Positions 50,002 to 59,117 are shown, counted from the first letter of the stretch. The stretch: DNA of 64,000 nucleotides from Bdellovibrio sp. (GCA_036677065.1 JAKFBS010000003.1:352001-416000), one strand, 5' to 3'. A program made the numbers and translations. Notes: generated from the letters alone by a model not told the origin.

Positions 50002-51582
50002 TTATTTTTCTTCTATGGGAAGGCTCACGGTAAACGTTGAGCCTTTTCCAATTTCACTATCAACAGAGACAGTTCCCACGTGAGCAACAACGATTTCACG
50101 CGAGATGAACAATCCTAAACCTAAGCCGTCAAAATTTTTAATTGAACTTGCGCGTTCAAAACGCTCAAATATTTTTTCACGATCTTCAGGCGCAATGCCG
50201 ATCCCCTGATCTTCAACTCGCAGTACGGCGCGATCATTTTCTTTCAACACAGAAACTTGAACCGGCTTTCCGGCTCCATATTTTATCGCGTTACTCAATA
50301 AGCAGTTAACAACTTGTTCCAGTCGGTTGAAATCCCAAACGCCTTTCACTGGACCATTGGTTGTTATGATGATTGTGCAATTACGTCGTTTTGAATTTTC
50401 TAAATGACGTTCCTGAGCCTGCAGCACAAGTTCGACTAAATCCATAGGCTCTTTATTTAAAACTAATCGCCCAGCAGTGATTCTTGAAACATCTAACAGA
50501 TCATCAGTTAAATTAACTAATTTTGAAACTTCACGGTCAGTGTGATCTAAAGCCTGCATCAGAACTTGCGCCTTAGGAAACATTTCAACCGTCATTTTTC
50601 GGGCTTCACGTTTGAACCAATCTAAATACATTTTTAAAGGTGTCAGTGGAGTACGTAATTCGTGCGAGGCTATGGCTAAAAACTCATCACGGGCTCTTAC
50701 GGATTTTTCAGCATCAAGGCGGGCCTGGTGTTCATTCATTAAAAGGCGGTCACGTTCAGCTTCGGCATTTCGTTGTTTCGTCACATCCCTAAAACTCCAA
50801 ACCCTTCCGACAACGACGCCGTGAAGCTTTTGTGGCTGCGAATAGCGTTCGAAGATTCTGCCATCTTTAAATTCAAGAGTGTCTGCGCTTTTTTCATTGG
50901 GATGAGCATAAATTTTTTCGGTTTTTATTAAAAAGTCTTCGGTGTCTTTAAGTTGATCTTTGATCGCTGCGATAAGCGTTCCCGAAACATAGTTAACCAT
51001 ATCTTCATCTTTGACGTTCCACATCTGCAATAGTTTTTGATTGTAGGTCATCGCTCGCCTTTGCAAATCGATCACAAGTATGCCATCAGCTGTGGCTTCA
51101 AGCGTGGCTTCAAGTTTTGAGAGCCAACTTTGAAGTTCAGCGGTTCTTTCTTGAATTTTAATTTCTAAACTATCGCGTGCTTGTTCGAGCTCTTCTTGCA
51201 TCAGTTTTCGTTCGGTAATATCCCGGGTTATGAGTGTTGCACTGATCACTTTGCCGTTGATGATTACTGGAGCGATTTTTGTCGAATACCAGGCTGGCTG
51301 CTTTTTCGAATCGTGGCTTAGAATTTCATATTCTGCCGGTATCGCTTTGGTAAAAACTTTATCTAATGCATTCAGCATCGTAGGAATGTGATCGGGTTGA
51401 ACGAAATCTGTAGCGAGTCTTCCGATCACTTCATCTTTTGAAAAGGCTGCGATGGTTCTATTAATAAATAAAATTCTGCCGTCTGGTCCAATGCTGATAA
51501 TAATATCTGGAGCTGTTTCAGCAAGTTGACGCCACTTTGATTCAGTCTCACGCAAAGTGCGCGATGTTTCAGTTTGCATCAT
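50002..51582 (-). CDS. Cytoplasmic PAS-PAS histidine kinase
   Basis: Two PAS domains (RDITERK, RDVTKQR), SHELRTPLT, LSNAIKY, DQGIGI, GLGLGL; no TM. Confidence 0.93.
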   Translation of the reverse strand: MMQTETSRTLRETESKWRQLAETAPDIIISIGPDGRILFINRTIAAFSKDEVIGRLATDFVQPDHIPTMLNALDKVFTKAIPAEYEILSHDSKKQPAWYSTKIAPVIINGKVISATLITRDITERKLMQEELEQARDSLEIKIQERTAELQSWLSKLEATLEATADGILVIDLQRRAMTYNQKLLQMWNVKDEDMVNYVSGTLIAAIKDQLKDTEDFLIKTEKIYAHPNEKSADTLEFKDGRIFERYSQPQKLHGVVVGRVWSFRDVTKQRNAEAERDRLLMNEHQARLDAEKSVRARDEFLAIASHELRTPLTPLKMYLDWFKREARKMTVEMFPKAQVLMQALDHTDREVSKLVNLTDDLLDVSRITAGRLVLNKEPMDLVELVLQAQERHLENSKRRNCTIIITTNGPVKGVWDFNRLEQVVNCLLSNAIKYGAGKPVQVSVLKENDRAVLRVEDQGIGIAPEDREKIFERFERASSIKNFDGLGLGLFISREIVVAHVGTVSVDSEIGKGSTFTVSLPIEEK

Positions 51583-51995
51583 TGCAGTTTTTCGCTCGGG
51601 CAGTGATGGCGAACAATATCTAAAAGTATATCAATACGAATGGGTTTTTTTAAAACACCGTAGAAATTTTCTTTACTTGTGATTTGGTCGGCAAAGGCAG
51701 TGACAGCTAATAACGGGATACTTTTATAAAGAGAATTTTTTTTGGCTTCTTCAGAAAATGTCCAGCCATCCATAACCGGCATCATCATATCTAATAAGAT
51801 CATGCAAGGTTTTGGAATTTGCGAAAGGAGGGCTAAGCCCTCTTTGCCGTTGGTGGCCGTAATCGGGTAATAACCTTCGGCTTCCAACATAGCTTTCATA
51901 AGTTCTCGAATATCGTCGTCATCTTCGATAACCATGATCGGGTGAATGTGTTTTGAATGCAGATATTTTACATCTTCCGATGAGAGTTCATTCAT
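51579..51995 (-). CDS. Single-domain response regulator
   Basis: VIEDDD, ILLDMMMPVMDG, VTA, KP; ATGA overlap with the HK. Confidence 0.93.
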   Translation of the reverse strand: MNELSSEDVKYLHSKHIHPIMVIEDDDDIRELMKAMLEAEGYYPITATNGKEGLALLSQIPKPCMILLDMMMPVMDGWTFSEEAKKNSLYKSIPLLAVTAFADQITSKENFYGVLKKPIRIDILLDIVRHHCPSEKLQ

Positions 51996-52066
51996 TGCCT
52001 TTTAAACTCTGCAATAGTTGTGCAGGGCAAAACAGGTAAACTTCGTACTATCGTGCCCCAAATATG

Positions 52067-52095
52067 CAAAAAGCCCTCGCGCGGAGGGCTTTTTG
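52067..52095 (-). terminator. Intrinsic terminator
   Basis: CAAAAAGCCCTC-GCGCG-GAGGGCTTTTTG downstream of the histone-like gene. Confidence 0.85.
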
Positions 52096-52124
52096 ACTCA
52101 TTAATTTTTTAGCAAAATTAAAAT

Positions 52125-52661
52125 CTAGATGTAACCTTCGTCATCATCATTTTCTTCTTCTTCGTCAGCAGTTAAAATGCTGTCTTCTTCGATGTCTTCT
52201 TCTAAATCTTCTTCAGCATCTTCAGCTTCTAAAGTTTCGAAACCTTCACCTTCTTCATCATCGTCTTCATCTAAAGGTTCAGCGTCTTCTAAAGGGTCTT
52301 CGTCGCCAACCATTGCATCTAATTCTAATTCATCATCAAACTCAGAATCGATATCAGAAAAAGATGTTTGTAAAGGAGCTACAACTGCAGCAACTTTTTT
52401 AGCTGCTGGTTTAGCGGCTTTTTTAGCAGGCTTAGCAGCCGCTTTTTTCGGAGCAGCTTTTTTAGCCGTTACTTTTTTTGCCGGTTTAGCAGCTTTTTTA
52501 GGTGCAGATTTTTTTACAACTTTTTTAGGAGCTGGTTTAGCAGCTTTTTTAGCTTTAGGAGCCGCTTTTTTCGCAGCCTTTTTTGCTGTTACTTTTTTAG
52601 GAGCAGCTTTTTTCGGAGCCGCTTTTTTTACAACTTTTTTTGCAGGTTTTTTCTTAGCCAT
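52125..52661 (-). CDS. Histone-H1-like Lys/Ala/Pro-rich protein with acidic C-terminal tail
   Basis: ATG 52661 after GGAG; repeats of KKAAPKK/AAKPAKK followed by a D/E-rich tail. Sigma70-like TTGCTT-N17-TAGTCT at 52725-52697. Confidence 0.82.
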   Translation of the reverse strand: MAKKKPAKKVVKKAAPKKAAPKKVTAKKAAKKAAPKAKKAAKPAPKKVVKKSAPKKAAKPAKKVTAKKAAPKKAAAKPAKKAAKPAAKKVAAVVAPLQTSFSDIDSEFDDELELDAMVGDEDPLEDAEPLDEDDDEEGEGFETLEAEDAEEDLEEDIEEDSILTADEEEENDDDEGYI

Positions 52662-52752
52662 ATGAATTCTCCATTTGTTAAACGAAAACACTCATAAGAC
52701 TAGAGAAAAATAAACTCGTAAGCAAGAGCTAGGTGCTTGGAACTAGATGTTA

Positions 52753-53508
52753 TTAAAGTCCAAAATGGTCTTCAAGGATGCGCGCAAACTCAGGAGGTAC
52801 TACCCCAGACATAAAAAGCCCTGGTTGATGGCCACTTTTCGCATTGACGTAGGTCAAATATCCAAAAGTTTTGCTCTTATCAGCATTTTTGATCGGCACC
52901 GTGATATTGATTGGTATCGGAAGTGCTGCTTTATCTGGCAACGTCATAAAAAGGCCGAAAGCACTTAAGCCAATATATAGATTAATCTTCGTGTTGTTAT
53001 TCGACGGAAAACTTAAAGCTAAGCTGGGTAACTCATTTTGTCCAGCAGGCATGGCCGGTAATGGGTCACCATTCGGTAAACGGGTAGCTGGTACGGTTGT
53101 GATTCCTTTTAAAATATATTTAATGGGAACACGAACGGCCATTTTCATTTTGCCTGTACCATCAAAAACCGGAGTGAAAGAGATATCGGGATACTTATTA
53201 AATGTACCTGATGGAGTGAATACTACGCCCGAAGGCATAGGTAACATAATTACGAATTCGCCACGCGTTTTATCAATATCTAAGGCTAAGGCGCCGTTGA
53301 AGCCTAATTTATTAGATGAATCGTCGACACGACTTTTCATATCCACTGAATCAATACTAGGATTAGTTGGAGTTGGAACATCCGGGTTATCATTGCCTAA
53401 GCCTGTTTGTTCCTGGCCACCTTGATCTAACGATTTAAGTTCAGGTACAGAACCACCACAAGCTGTTAATAAGGTCACTAATGTAAGAAGTGTAATTTTA
53501 AGTTTCAT
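52753..53508 (-). CDS. Putative lipoprotein
   Basis: MKLKITLLTLVTLLTA-C lipobox; GAGG SD. Confidence 0.82.
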   Translation of the reverse strand: MKLKITLLTLVTLLTACGGSVPELKSLDQGGQEQTGLGNDNPDVPTPTNPSIDSVDMKSRVDDSSNKLGFNGALALDIDKTRGEFVIMLPMPSGVVFTPSGTFNKYPDISFTPVFDGTGKMKMAVRVPIKYILKGITTVPATRLPNGDPLPAMPAGQNELPSLALSFPSNNNTKINLYIGLSAFGLFMTLPDKAALPIPINITVPIKNADKSKTFGYLTYVNAKSGHQPGLFMSGVVPPEFARILEDHFGL

Positions 53509-53526
53509 GGTTTACCTCGCCCAAAA

Positions 53527-53554
53527 TTATCGGACCAAGGTCTAGTTCACTTAA
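53527..53554 (-). promoter_or_regulatory. Candidate sigma28 promoter
   Basis: Minus strand TTAAG-N15-TCCGATAA. Confidence 0.65.
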
Positions 53555-53565
53555 GTGTTTATTCT

Positions 53566-53600
53566 AAAAAAAAAGCCGATCGTAATGATCGGCTTTTTTT
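53566..53600 (-). terminator. Intrinsic terminator of flagellin
   Basis: A-tract GCCGATC-GTAAT-GATCGGC T-tract. Confidence 0.9.
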
Positions 53601-53643
53601 CGTCAACTAAGTTGACATATAGCTGTATATTAATCCGTCAATA

Positions 53644-54474
53644 TTAGCCAATTAACTTCAACGCTAACTGCGTTGATTGGTTAGCTTGTGCTAATGTTGC
53701 AGTACCAGCTTGTAACAATACTGTATTACGAGCCATATCAGAAGTCGCAGATGCTACGTCAGTATCACGGATACGTGAATTTGCTGCAGCTAAGTTTTCT
53801 TCAGTGATCGCTAAAGTATCTACTGTAGAAGTCATACGATTTTGTAAGGCACCTAAGTTTGCTCTCATTGCATTTACTCTTTGTTGAGCCGCTTCGATAG
53901 TATCGATTGAGCTACGAGCCGAGTCGCGTTTAGAAAAATCTAAATCAGCGATACCTAAAGCATCTACTGTTGCAACGTTGCTTGCTGCATCGAAAGTGAT
54001 CTTATCAAATTCAGTCGAGAACATACCAATCTGGAAATCGAATGCCGGAGATGAACCATCTAGTAATGATGTTGAGTTCCAACGAGTTGATTTACCGATA
54101 CGTTGAGTCTCATCTTTTAACTGCGCGATTTCTGTTTGGATTAACGAACGCTCTTGATCGCCGATCGTATCAGAGGCTGCTTGGATCGCTAACTCACGTT
54201 GACGAATCAAGATATTAGAGATTTCGCCTAAGCCACCCTCAGCAGTTTGCACTAAAGAGATCGCGTCGTTTGCATTACGTTTTGCTTGAACTGCAGATCT
54301 AATTTGTCCACGCATAGTTTCTGAGATCGCTAAGCCTGCAGCATCATCTGCTGCTTTGTTAATACGAGAACCAGAAGCTAATTGCGCCGATGATGACTGC
54401 ATTAAGCGTTGGCTGTTGCTCATGTTACGTTGTGTGTTGATAGCTGCTACGTTTGTTGAAATTCTTAATCCCAT
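53644..54474 (-). CDS. fliC: Flagellin (short, 276 aa)
   Basis: LASGSRINKAADDAAGLAISE, QTAEGGL, RANLGALQNR, SRIRDTD, LAQANQ. Confidence 0.97.
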   Translation of the reverse strand: MGLRISTNVAAINTQRNMSNSQRLMQSSSAQLASGSRINKAADDAAGLAISETMRGQIRSAVQAKRNANDAISLVQTAEGGLGEISNILIRQRELAIQAASDTIGDQERSLIQTEIAQLKDETQRIGKSTRWNSTSLLDGSSPAFDFQIGMFSTEFDKITFDAASNVATVDALGIADLDFSKRDSARSSIDTIEAAQQRVNAMRANLGALQNRMTSTVDTLAITEENLAAANSRIRDTDVASATSDMARNTVLLQAGTATLAQANQSTQLALKLIG

Positions 54475-54745
54475 TGTAAATTCCTTTTAATCTTTTTAAG
54501 TTGTATTTTTCATATCTAATTCCTTCCGTGTGTTGTTTTCGTAAAGTCTGCATCCTAGCAAACTCTTTCGCGCCTAGAGTACCCACCATGGGTATTGTTA
54601 TGTGGCGCTGCCTATTTAATATTCCTTCAATTTTTAGTTCATCCTTAATTCGTCCTTGAAGCCTCCTCTCAAAAAGCATTGAGAACATGTCTTGCGAAAT
54701 TGCATGACCTTGTTCTTAGAGACATCCAGTCTCTTGATTTATTAC
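54475..54745 (-). promoter_or_regulatory. Long structured flagellin 5' leader with multiple GGA (CsrA-type) motifs
   Basis: Nine minus-strand GGA motifs, several in hairpin loops (AGAGAC-UGGAU-GUCUCU; AGUUUGC-UAGGAU-GCAGACU). Confidence 0.65.
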
Positions 54746-54754
54746 TTATCTTAG

Positions 54755-54781
54755 TTTTCGGTGTCTGTGGGGGAATCTTGA
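54755..54781 (-). promoter_or_regulatory. Candidate sigma28 promoter of fliC
   Basis: Minus strand TCAA-N15-ACCGAAAA. Confidence 0.65.
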
Positions 54782-54944
54782 CAGGATGTTAGAATAGAAA
54801 ATGTAATTAAAATTATTTTCTCTAGTCGTGTTTTCCCTCTGAAAGTATTGATTTCAACACGTCAGTCTTAGGACTCGACGAGGCTTAATATCAGTCTGTG
54901 GAATGTTCGTCGAGTCAAGTCGGGCGTCAGGAAAAGCGCAGTAG

Positions 54945-55589
54945 TTAAGGCTTGCGAGAGATGTAGAAATTATCTTTGATGGTGAATCGTAATTCCCAGT
55001 GTTTTGCTTCTTGTGCGTAATCAATTCCTACTCGGGGAGAAGCAATAATGTTTGCTGGTTTTATTTTCATTCCAACATCTTCGATAAAGAGCTGATCATC
55101 TGTAAGTAACAACTCATTGTGATTGCGTGTGATTTTTAAGGCTTGCGCTAATTTGCCTGGCCCAGTCGTTAAGTTCCATAGATGTTTTTTGTTTTCAGGA
55201 TCAAAAGTTTTCTGTTTGCGATTTTTTGCCATGACCATTAAACCTTCATCAGGTTCTAACGAGCGAATAAGTACGGCTTCTGGAATATCTTCTTTTTGGG
55301 TAACGACGTTTAGACAATCATAAATACCATAAATTAAATACACATAACTATGACCACCAGTTAGATACATACTTTCTGTGCGCTTGGTCTTTCTATTGCC
55401 AAAGGTATGACAACCACGATCTTTGATTCCTAAGTACGCTTCTGTTTCTGTAATAATACCTGATAATCTTTTACCATTTACGATATGAACTAGACGTTTA
55501 CCTAACAACTCTTGGGCAACAAGAGTCGTGTCACGTTGATAAAATGATTTTTTTAATTTAGTCGATTTCAAGAAAACGGCATTGAGCAA
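54945..55589 (-). CDS. mpg: DNA-3-methyladenine glycosylase (MPG/AAG family)
   Basis: VAQELLGK, ITETEAYLG, YVYLIYG, AVLIRSLEP, GPGKL, RVGI. Start uncertain. Confidence 0.92.
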   Translation of the reverse strand: MLNAVFLKSTKLKKSFYQRDTTLVAQELLGKRLVHIVNGKRLSGIITETEAYLGIKDRGCHTFGNRKTKRTESMYLTGGHSYVYLIYGIYDCLNVVTQKEDIPEAVLIRSLEPDEGLMVMAKNRKQKTFDPENKKHLWNLTTGPGKLAQALKITRNHNELLLTDDQLFIEDVGMKIKPANIIASPRVGIDYAQEAKHWELRFTIKDNFYISRKP

Positions 55590-55818
55590 TTTTCCCGCTC
55601 AACTCATAGGAATGAAGAGAGTTCGCACGCAAGTGATTTGCCGTATTAAAGCCTAGCGTGCATGTTATTGTTTCAGAGGCGAAATGGGAGCAGTCTTCGC
55701 AGGCAAACGGAATCTTATAAGCGTTGAAATCACGAGGATGAATAACATCTTTTTTCATAGACGGTCTAATGCGAGATGGCGACTGTTTTATAGGGTTTTT
55801 AGCATTAGCTTTCGACAT
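55558..55818 (-). CDS. Small Cys-containing hypothetical protein (possible metal binding)
   Basis: CEDCSHF...CTLG...CRFLEID; promoter-like TTGCAT-N17-TATATA 6 nt upstream. Confidence 0.7.
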   Translation of the reverse strand: MSKANAKNPIKQSPSRIRPSMKKDVIHPRDFNAYKIPFACEDCSHFASETITCTLGFNTANHLRANSLHSYELSGKIAQCRFLEID

Positions 55819-55899
55819 AGGATTTATATAGGACCTCGGGTTGACAAATGCAATCTATAACTCATTCTTACTATATGGTGAAACCATAAGGATAAATAC

Positions 55900-58446
55900 A
55901 TGAGTAATGAAATCCAAAAAATGACCAGAAGAAGCCAAGAAGCCATGCAAGCGGCCGCTAAACTTGCCGAGAGTAAAAAGAACTCTTCTGTCGAACCAGA
56001 ACATTTAATACTAGAATTAGTTGAACAAGACGACGGCGTAGTTCCGCGCGTTTTACAAGAAGCTAAAGTTCAGCCTGTAACTTTAATCACGCCTTTGAAT
56101 AAAGCGATTAACCAGTTTCCACAATTGTCGCAGGCGCAATCCAATATTTATGCAAGCCCTCGTTTGCAGAAATTATTTAAATACGCTGAAGCTGAAATGG
56201 TTGAACTGCAAGACGAGTTAATTTCAACCGAGCATTTTCTTTTAGCTTTGTTTAAAATCGATGATAACGGTTTAAGAAAAATAATTGAAACTTCAGGTTT
56301 AAAAAAAGCTTCTATCGTTGAAGCTTTAAAAAAAGTACGTGGTAATCAAAGAGTGACAACAGACGAGCCAGAAAACCAATACGAAGTCTTAAAAAAATAC
56401 GCGCGTGATCTGACAGCCTTAGCCGCTGAAGGAAAACTAGATCCTGTTGTCGGCCGTGACGAAGAAATTCGCCGCGTGATTCAGGTATTATCACGCCGTA
56501 CAAAAAACAATCCAGTTCTTATCGGAGAACCCGGTGTTGGTAAAACAGCTATCGCTGAAGGCATGGCTTTACGTATTATTAAAAAAGATGTGCCCGATCA
56601 CTTAGTGGGTAAAAAACTAATGGCTCTGGATTTGGGAGCTTTAATCGCCGGCGCAAAATATCGCGGTGAATTTGAAGACCGTTTAAAAGCCGTCATCAAA
56701 GAAGTGACCACAAGCCACGGCGAAATTATTTTATTTATCGATGAATTACATACACTAGTTGGAGCAGGTAAAGGCGAAGGAGCGATGGATGCGGGGCAAT
56801 TATTAAAGCCAGCATTATCACGTGGTGAACTTCGTTGTATCGGTGCAACGACATTGGATGAATATCGTCAGTACATAGAAAAAGATGCGGCCTTAGAGCG
56901 CCGTTTTCAAACAGTCTTAGTTGATGAACCCACAGTTGATGAGACAATCACGATCTTACGTGGTTTAAAAGAAAAATACGAAGTTCATCATGGCGTACAA
57001 ATCACGGATGCCGCGATCATAGCTGCAGCGAAACTTTCACATCGTTATATTACAAATCGGTTCTTGCCAGATAAGGCAATTGATCTTATCGATGAAGCCG
57101 CCAGTAAGCTCGGTATTGAAAATCGCAGCGTGCCTGAAGAGGTCGATCAAATTGAACGCCAGATTTTAAATTATAAAATCGAATTAGAAGCGTTAAAAAA
57201 AGATAATGATAAACAATCCATCGAACGTAAGGATAAAATTTCTGCAGAATTAAAAGATCTGCAAGTCAAAGCGCAAGCTTTGCGCGAGAAATGGAACTTC
57301 GAACGCAGCCAGATCGATAACGTTAAAGGCTTAAAATCAGAGATCGAACAGATCCGTAACGAGATCAGCCGGGCTGAGCGTGATGCTCAGTATGAAAAAG
57401 CTGCGCAATTAAAATACGGCAAACTTCCTGAAGTAGAAAAAAAATTAGCAGAGCTTGAAAGTAAACTGCAAACTAAAGACGGTGCGCTGTTAAAAGAAAA
57501 AGTTGACGCTGAAGATATCGCCGATGTGGTTTCTAAATGGACGCACATTCCGGTGAACCGAATGCTTGAGAGCGAAATGCAAAAGCTATTACATATGGAA
57601 GACGCTTTAAAAAAGAAAGTCGTCGGCCAAGATCAGGCATTAGAAGTAATTGCAGATGCAGTTAGAAGGTCACGTGCAGAAATTGCTGATCCAAATAGAC
57701 CAATCGGTACTTTTATTTTCGTAGGTCCAACGGGAGTCGGTAAAACAGAAACGGTAAAAGCCTTAGCCGATTTTTTATTTGATGATCCAGCAGCCGTTGT
57801 GCGCGTTGATATGTCTGAGTACATGGAAAAACATTCGGTTTCGCGTTTAATCGGCGCGCCTCCGGGATATGTGGGTTACGAAGAGGGCGGTCAACTTACA
57901 GAAGTTGTTCGGCGTAAACCGTATGCTGTGATTTTATTAGATGAAATCGAAAAAGCACATCCAGATGTGTTCAATGTTTTATTACAGCTTTTAGATGAAG
58001 GCCGTTTAACCGACGGGCAAGGTCGCACCGTTGATTTTAAAAACACAGTGATTGTGATGACTTCAAACTTAGGCGCAAGCCAAGGCAGTGAAGCTATTCA
58101 AGCTGCACTTAAAACTTTCTTCCGCCCTGAATTTTTAAATCGTGTTGATGATGTGATTGAATTCAAATCGTTAAGTAAAGATAACTTAGCAGGTATCGTA
58201 AAAATTCAATTACAACAAGTGGTGCAAAGATTAGCGCAGAAAAATATCAAAGTTAGTTTCAGTGATAATGTTATTAATTACCTGGGTGAAAAAGGTTTTG
58301 ATCCGGTGTTTGGCGCCAGACCATTAAAACGAATTATCCAGACAGAAGTCTTAAATCCACTAGCGAAAAAAATGATTGCTGGTGATATCAAGGCTGATTC
58401 TGTGGTAAAAATAGATTATGAAAATAATTCTATTTCTTTTAGTTAG
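55900..58446 (+). CDS. clpB: Chaperone ClpB
   Basis: Two AAA+ modules ([16 protein letters not shown]), coiled-coil M domain (AAQLKYG), GARPLKR. Confidence 0.97.
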   Translation: MSNEIQKMTRRSQEAMQAAAKLAESKKNSSVEPEHLILELVEQDDGVVPRVLQEAKVQPVTLITPLNKAINQFPQLSQAQSNIYASPRLQKLFKYAEAEMVELQDELISTEHFLLALFKIDDNGLRKIIETSGLKKASIVEALKKVRGNQRVTTDEPENQYEVLKKYARDLTALAAEGKLDPVVGRDEEIRRVIQVLSRRTKNNPVLIGEPGVGKTAIAEGMALRIIKKDVPDHLVGKKLMALDLGALIAGAKYRGEFEDRLKAVIKEVTTSHGEIILFIDELHTLVGAGKGEGAMDAGQLLKPALSRGELRCIGATTLDEYRQYIEKDAALERRFQTVLVDEPTVDETITILRGLKEKYEVHHGVQITDAAIIAAAKLSHRYITNRFLPDKAIDLIDEAASKLGIENRSVPEEVDQIERQILNYKIELEALKKDNDKQSIERKDKISAELKDLQVKAQALREKWNFERSQIDNVKGLKSEIEQIRNEISRAERDAQYEKAAQLKYGKLPEVEKKLAELESKLQTKDGALLKEKVDAEDIADVVSKWTHIPVNRMLESEMQKLLHMEDALKKKVVGQDQALEVIADAVRRSRAEIADPNRPIGTFIFVGPTGVGKTETVKALADFLFDDPAAVVRVDMSEYMEKHSVSRLIGAPPGYVGYEEGGQLTEVVRRKPYAVILLDEIEKAHPDVFNVLLQLLDEGRLTDGQGRTVDFKNTVIVMTSNLGASQGSEAIQAALKTFFRPEFLNRVDDVIEFKSLSKDNLAGIVKIQLQQVVQRLAQKNIKVSFSDNVINYLGEKGFDPVFGARPLKRIIQTEVLNPLAKKMIAGDIKADSVVKIDYENNSISFS

Positions 58447-58921
58447 TTTATCGTTATCTACAACATTTGCTAAAGATACCCCATTGATCACTGGTGATCT
58501 CGGGGGATCTTCAGGTAATAACAACGGCACTACTTACCAAGAAGTTCATTTAGGTATAAATCTAAATTTTACTGACTGGTTAACTTGGCGCAATTCAGGT
58601 TTTCAAAGATCTGGATCAAAAATGGAAACTTATACGGGCTTAGATTCAACTATGCGCTTAGTATTAAGAACTAAATTCAACCAAAGCGGTGGAGCTCACT
58701 TCTTCCTAGGGCCTGGTTATCGCTGGACAAGCAAAGAAATTAACAATGCGGTCATCGGTGAAGCCGGTCTTGGCGTCAACTTCTCTGGAGTTGGCTTAAG
58801 CGGTGGAGCAAAATACCTAAAATACGATAAGCCTCGTCTTGATTCAGACGGTAATGTTTTAAAAAGCGAAGATGTAAGCTATTTCATCAATATTTCTGGA
58901 AATACAAGCTTCGGAAAATAA
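58418..58921 (+). CDS. Small exported beta-barrel-like protein
   Basis: Signal peptide [18 protein letters not shown]; alternating beta strands. Confidence 0.7.
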   Translation: MKIILFLLVSLSLSTTFAKDTPLITGDLGGSSGNNNGTTYQEVHLGINLNFTDWLTWRNSGFQRSGSKMETYTGLDSTMRLVLRTKFNQSGGAHFFLGPGYRWTSKEINNAVIGEAGLGVNFSGVGLSGGAKYLKYDKPRLDSDGNVLKSEDVSYFINISGNTSFGK

Positions 58922-58945
58922 CTTATCGTTACATAATTTTTCTTG

Positions 58946-58976
58946 AAAGGATTGCGCTGCTAGCAATCCTTTTTTT
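58946..58976 (+). terminator. Intrinsic terminator
   Basis: AAAGGATTGC-GCTGCTA-GCAATCCTTT followed by a T run. Confidence 0.85.
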
Positions 58977-59117
58977 ATTGTTTAAACTTTTTTCACATTC
59001 TCAATCTTATGTTTTAATTGTTCCAAACTCCTTTAGGTCTAGGAAAAATTTACCGAACTAGCTCTTTGTCTGGGGTATTCATGTAATCTCTGTAGCTGGA
59101 CAGTAAAGGTGGAATTG

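Noticed and set aside
52019..52095. Resemblance to a c-di-GMP-I riboswitch (CAGGGCAAA...GCAAAAAGCC)
   Set aside because: The GAAA tetraloop stem and GACGCAAA core are missing, there is no plus-strand gene downstream, and the 3' part is explained by a terminator.
52177..52665. Plus-strand 162-aa Ser/Ala/Phe-rich ORF
   Set aside because: Antisense shadow of the low-complexity histone-like gene; SD, promoter and terminator support the minus strand.
54425..54688. 87-aa minus-strand ORF overlapping the fliC start
   Set aside because: No recognisable protein features, and it overlaps fliC out of frame. The region is better explained as a structured 5' leader.
55819..55899. CIRCE/HrcA operator upstream of clpB
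   Set aside because: No TTAGCACTC-N9-GAGTGCTAA match.
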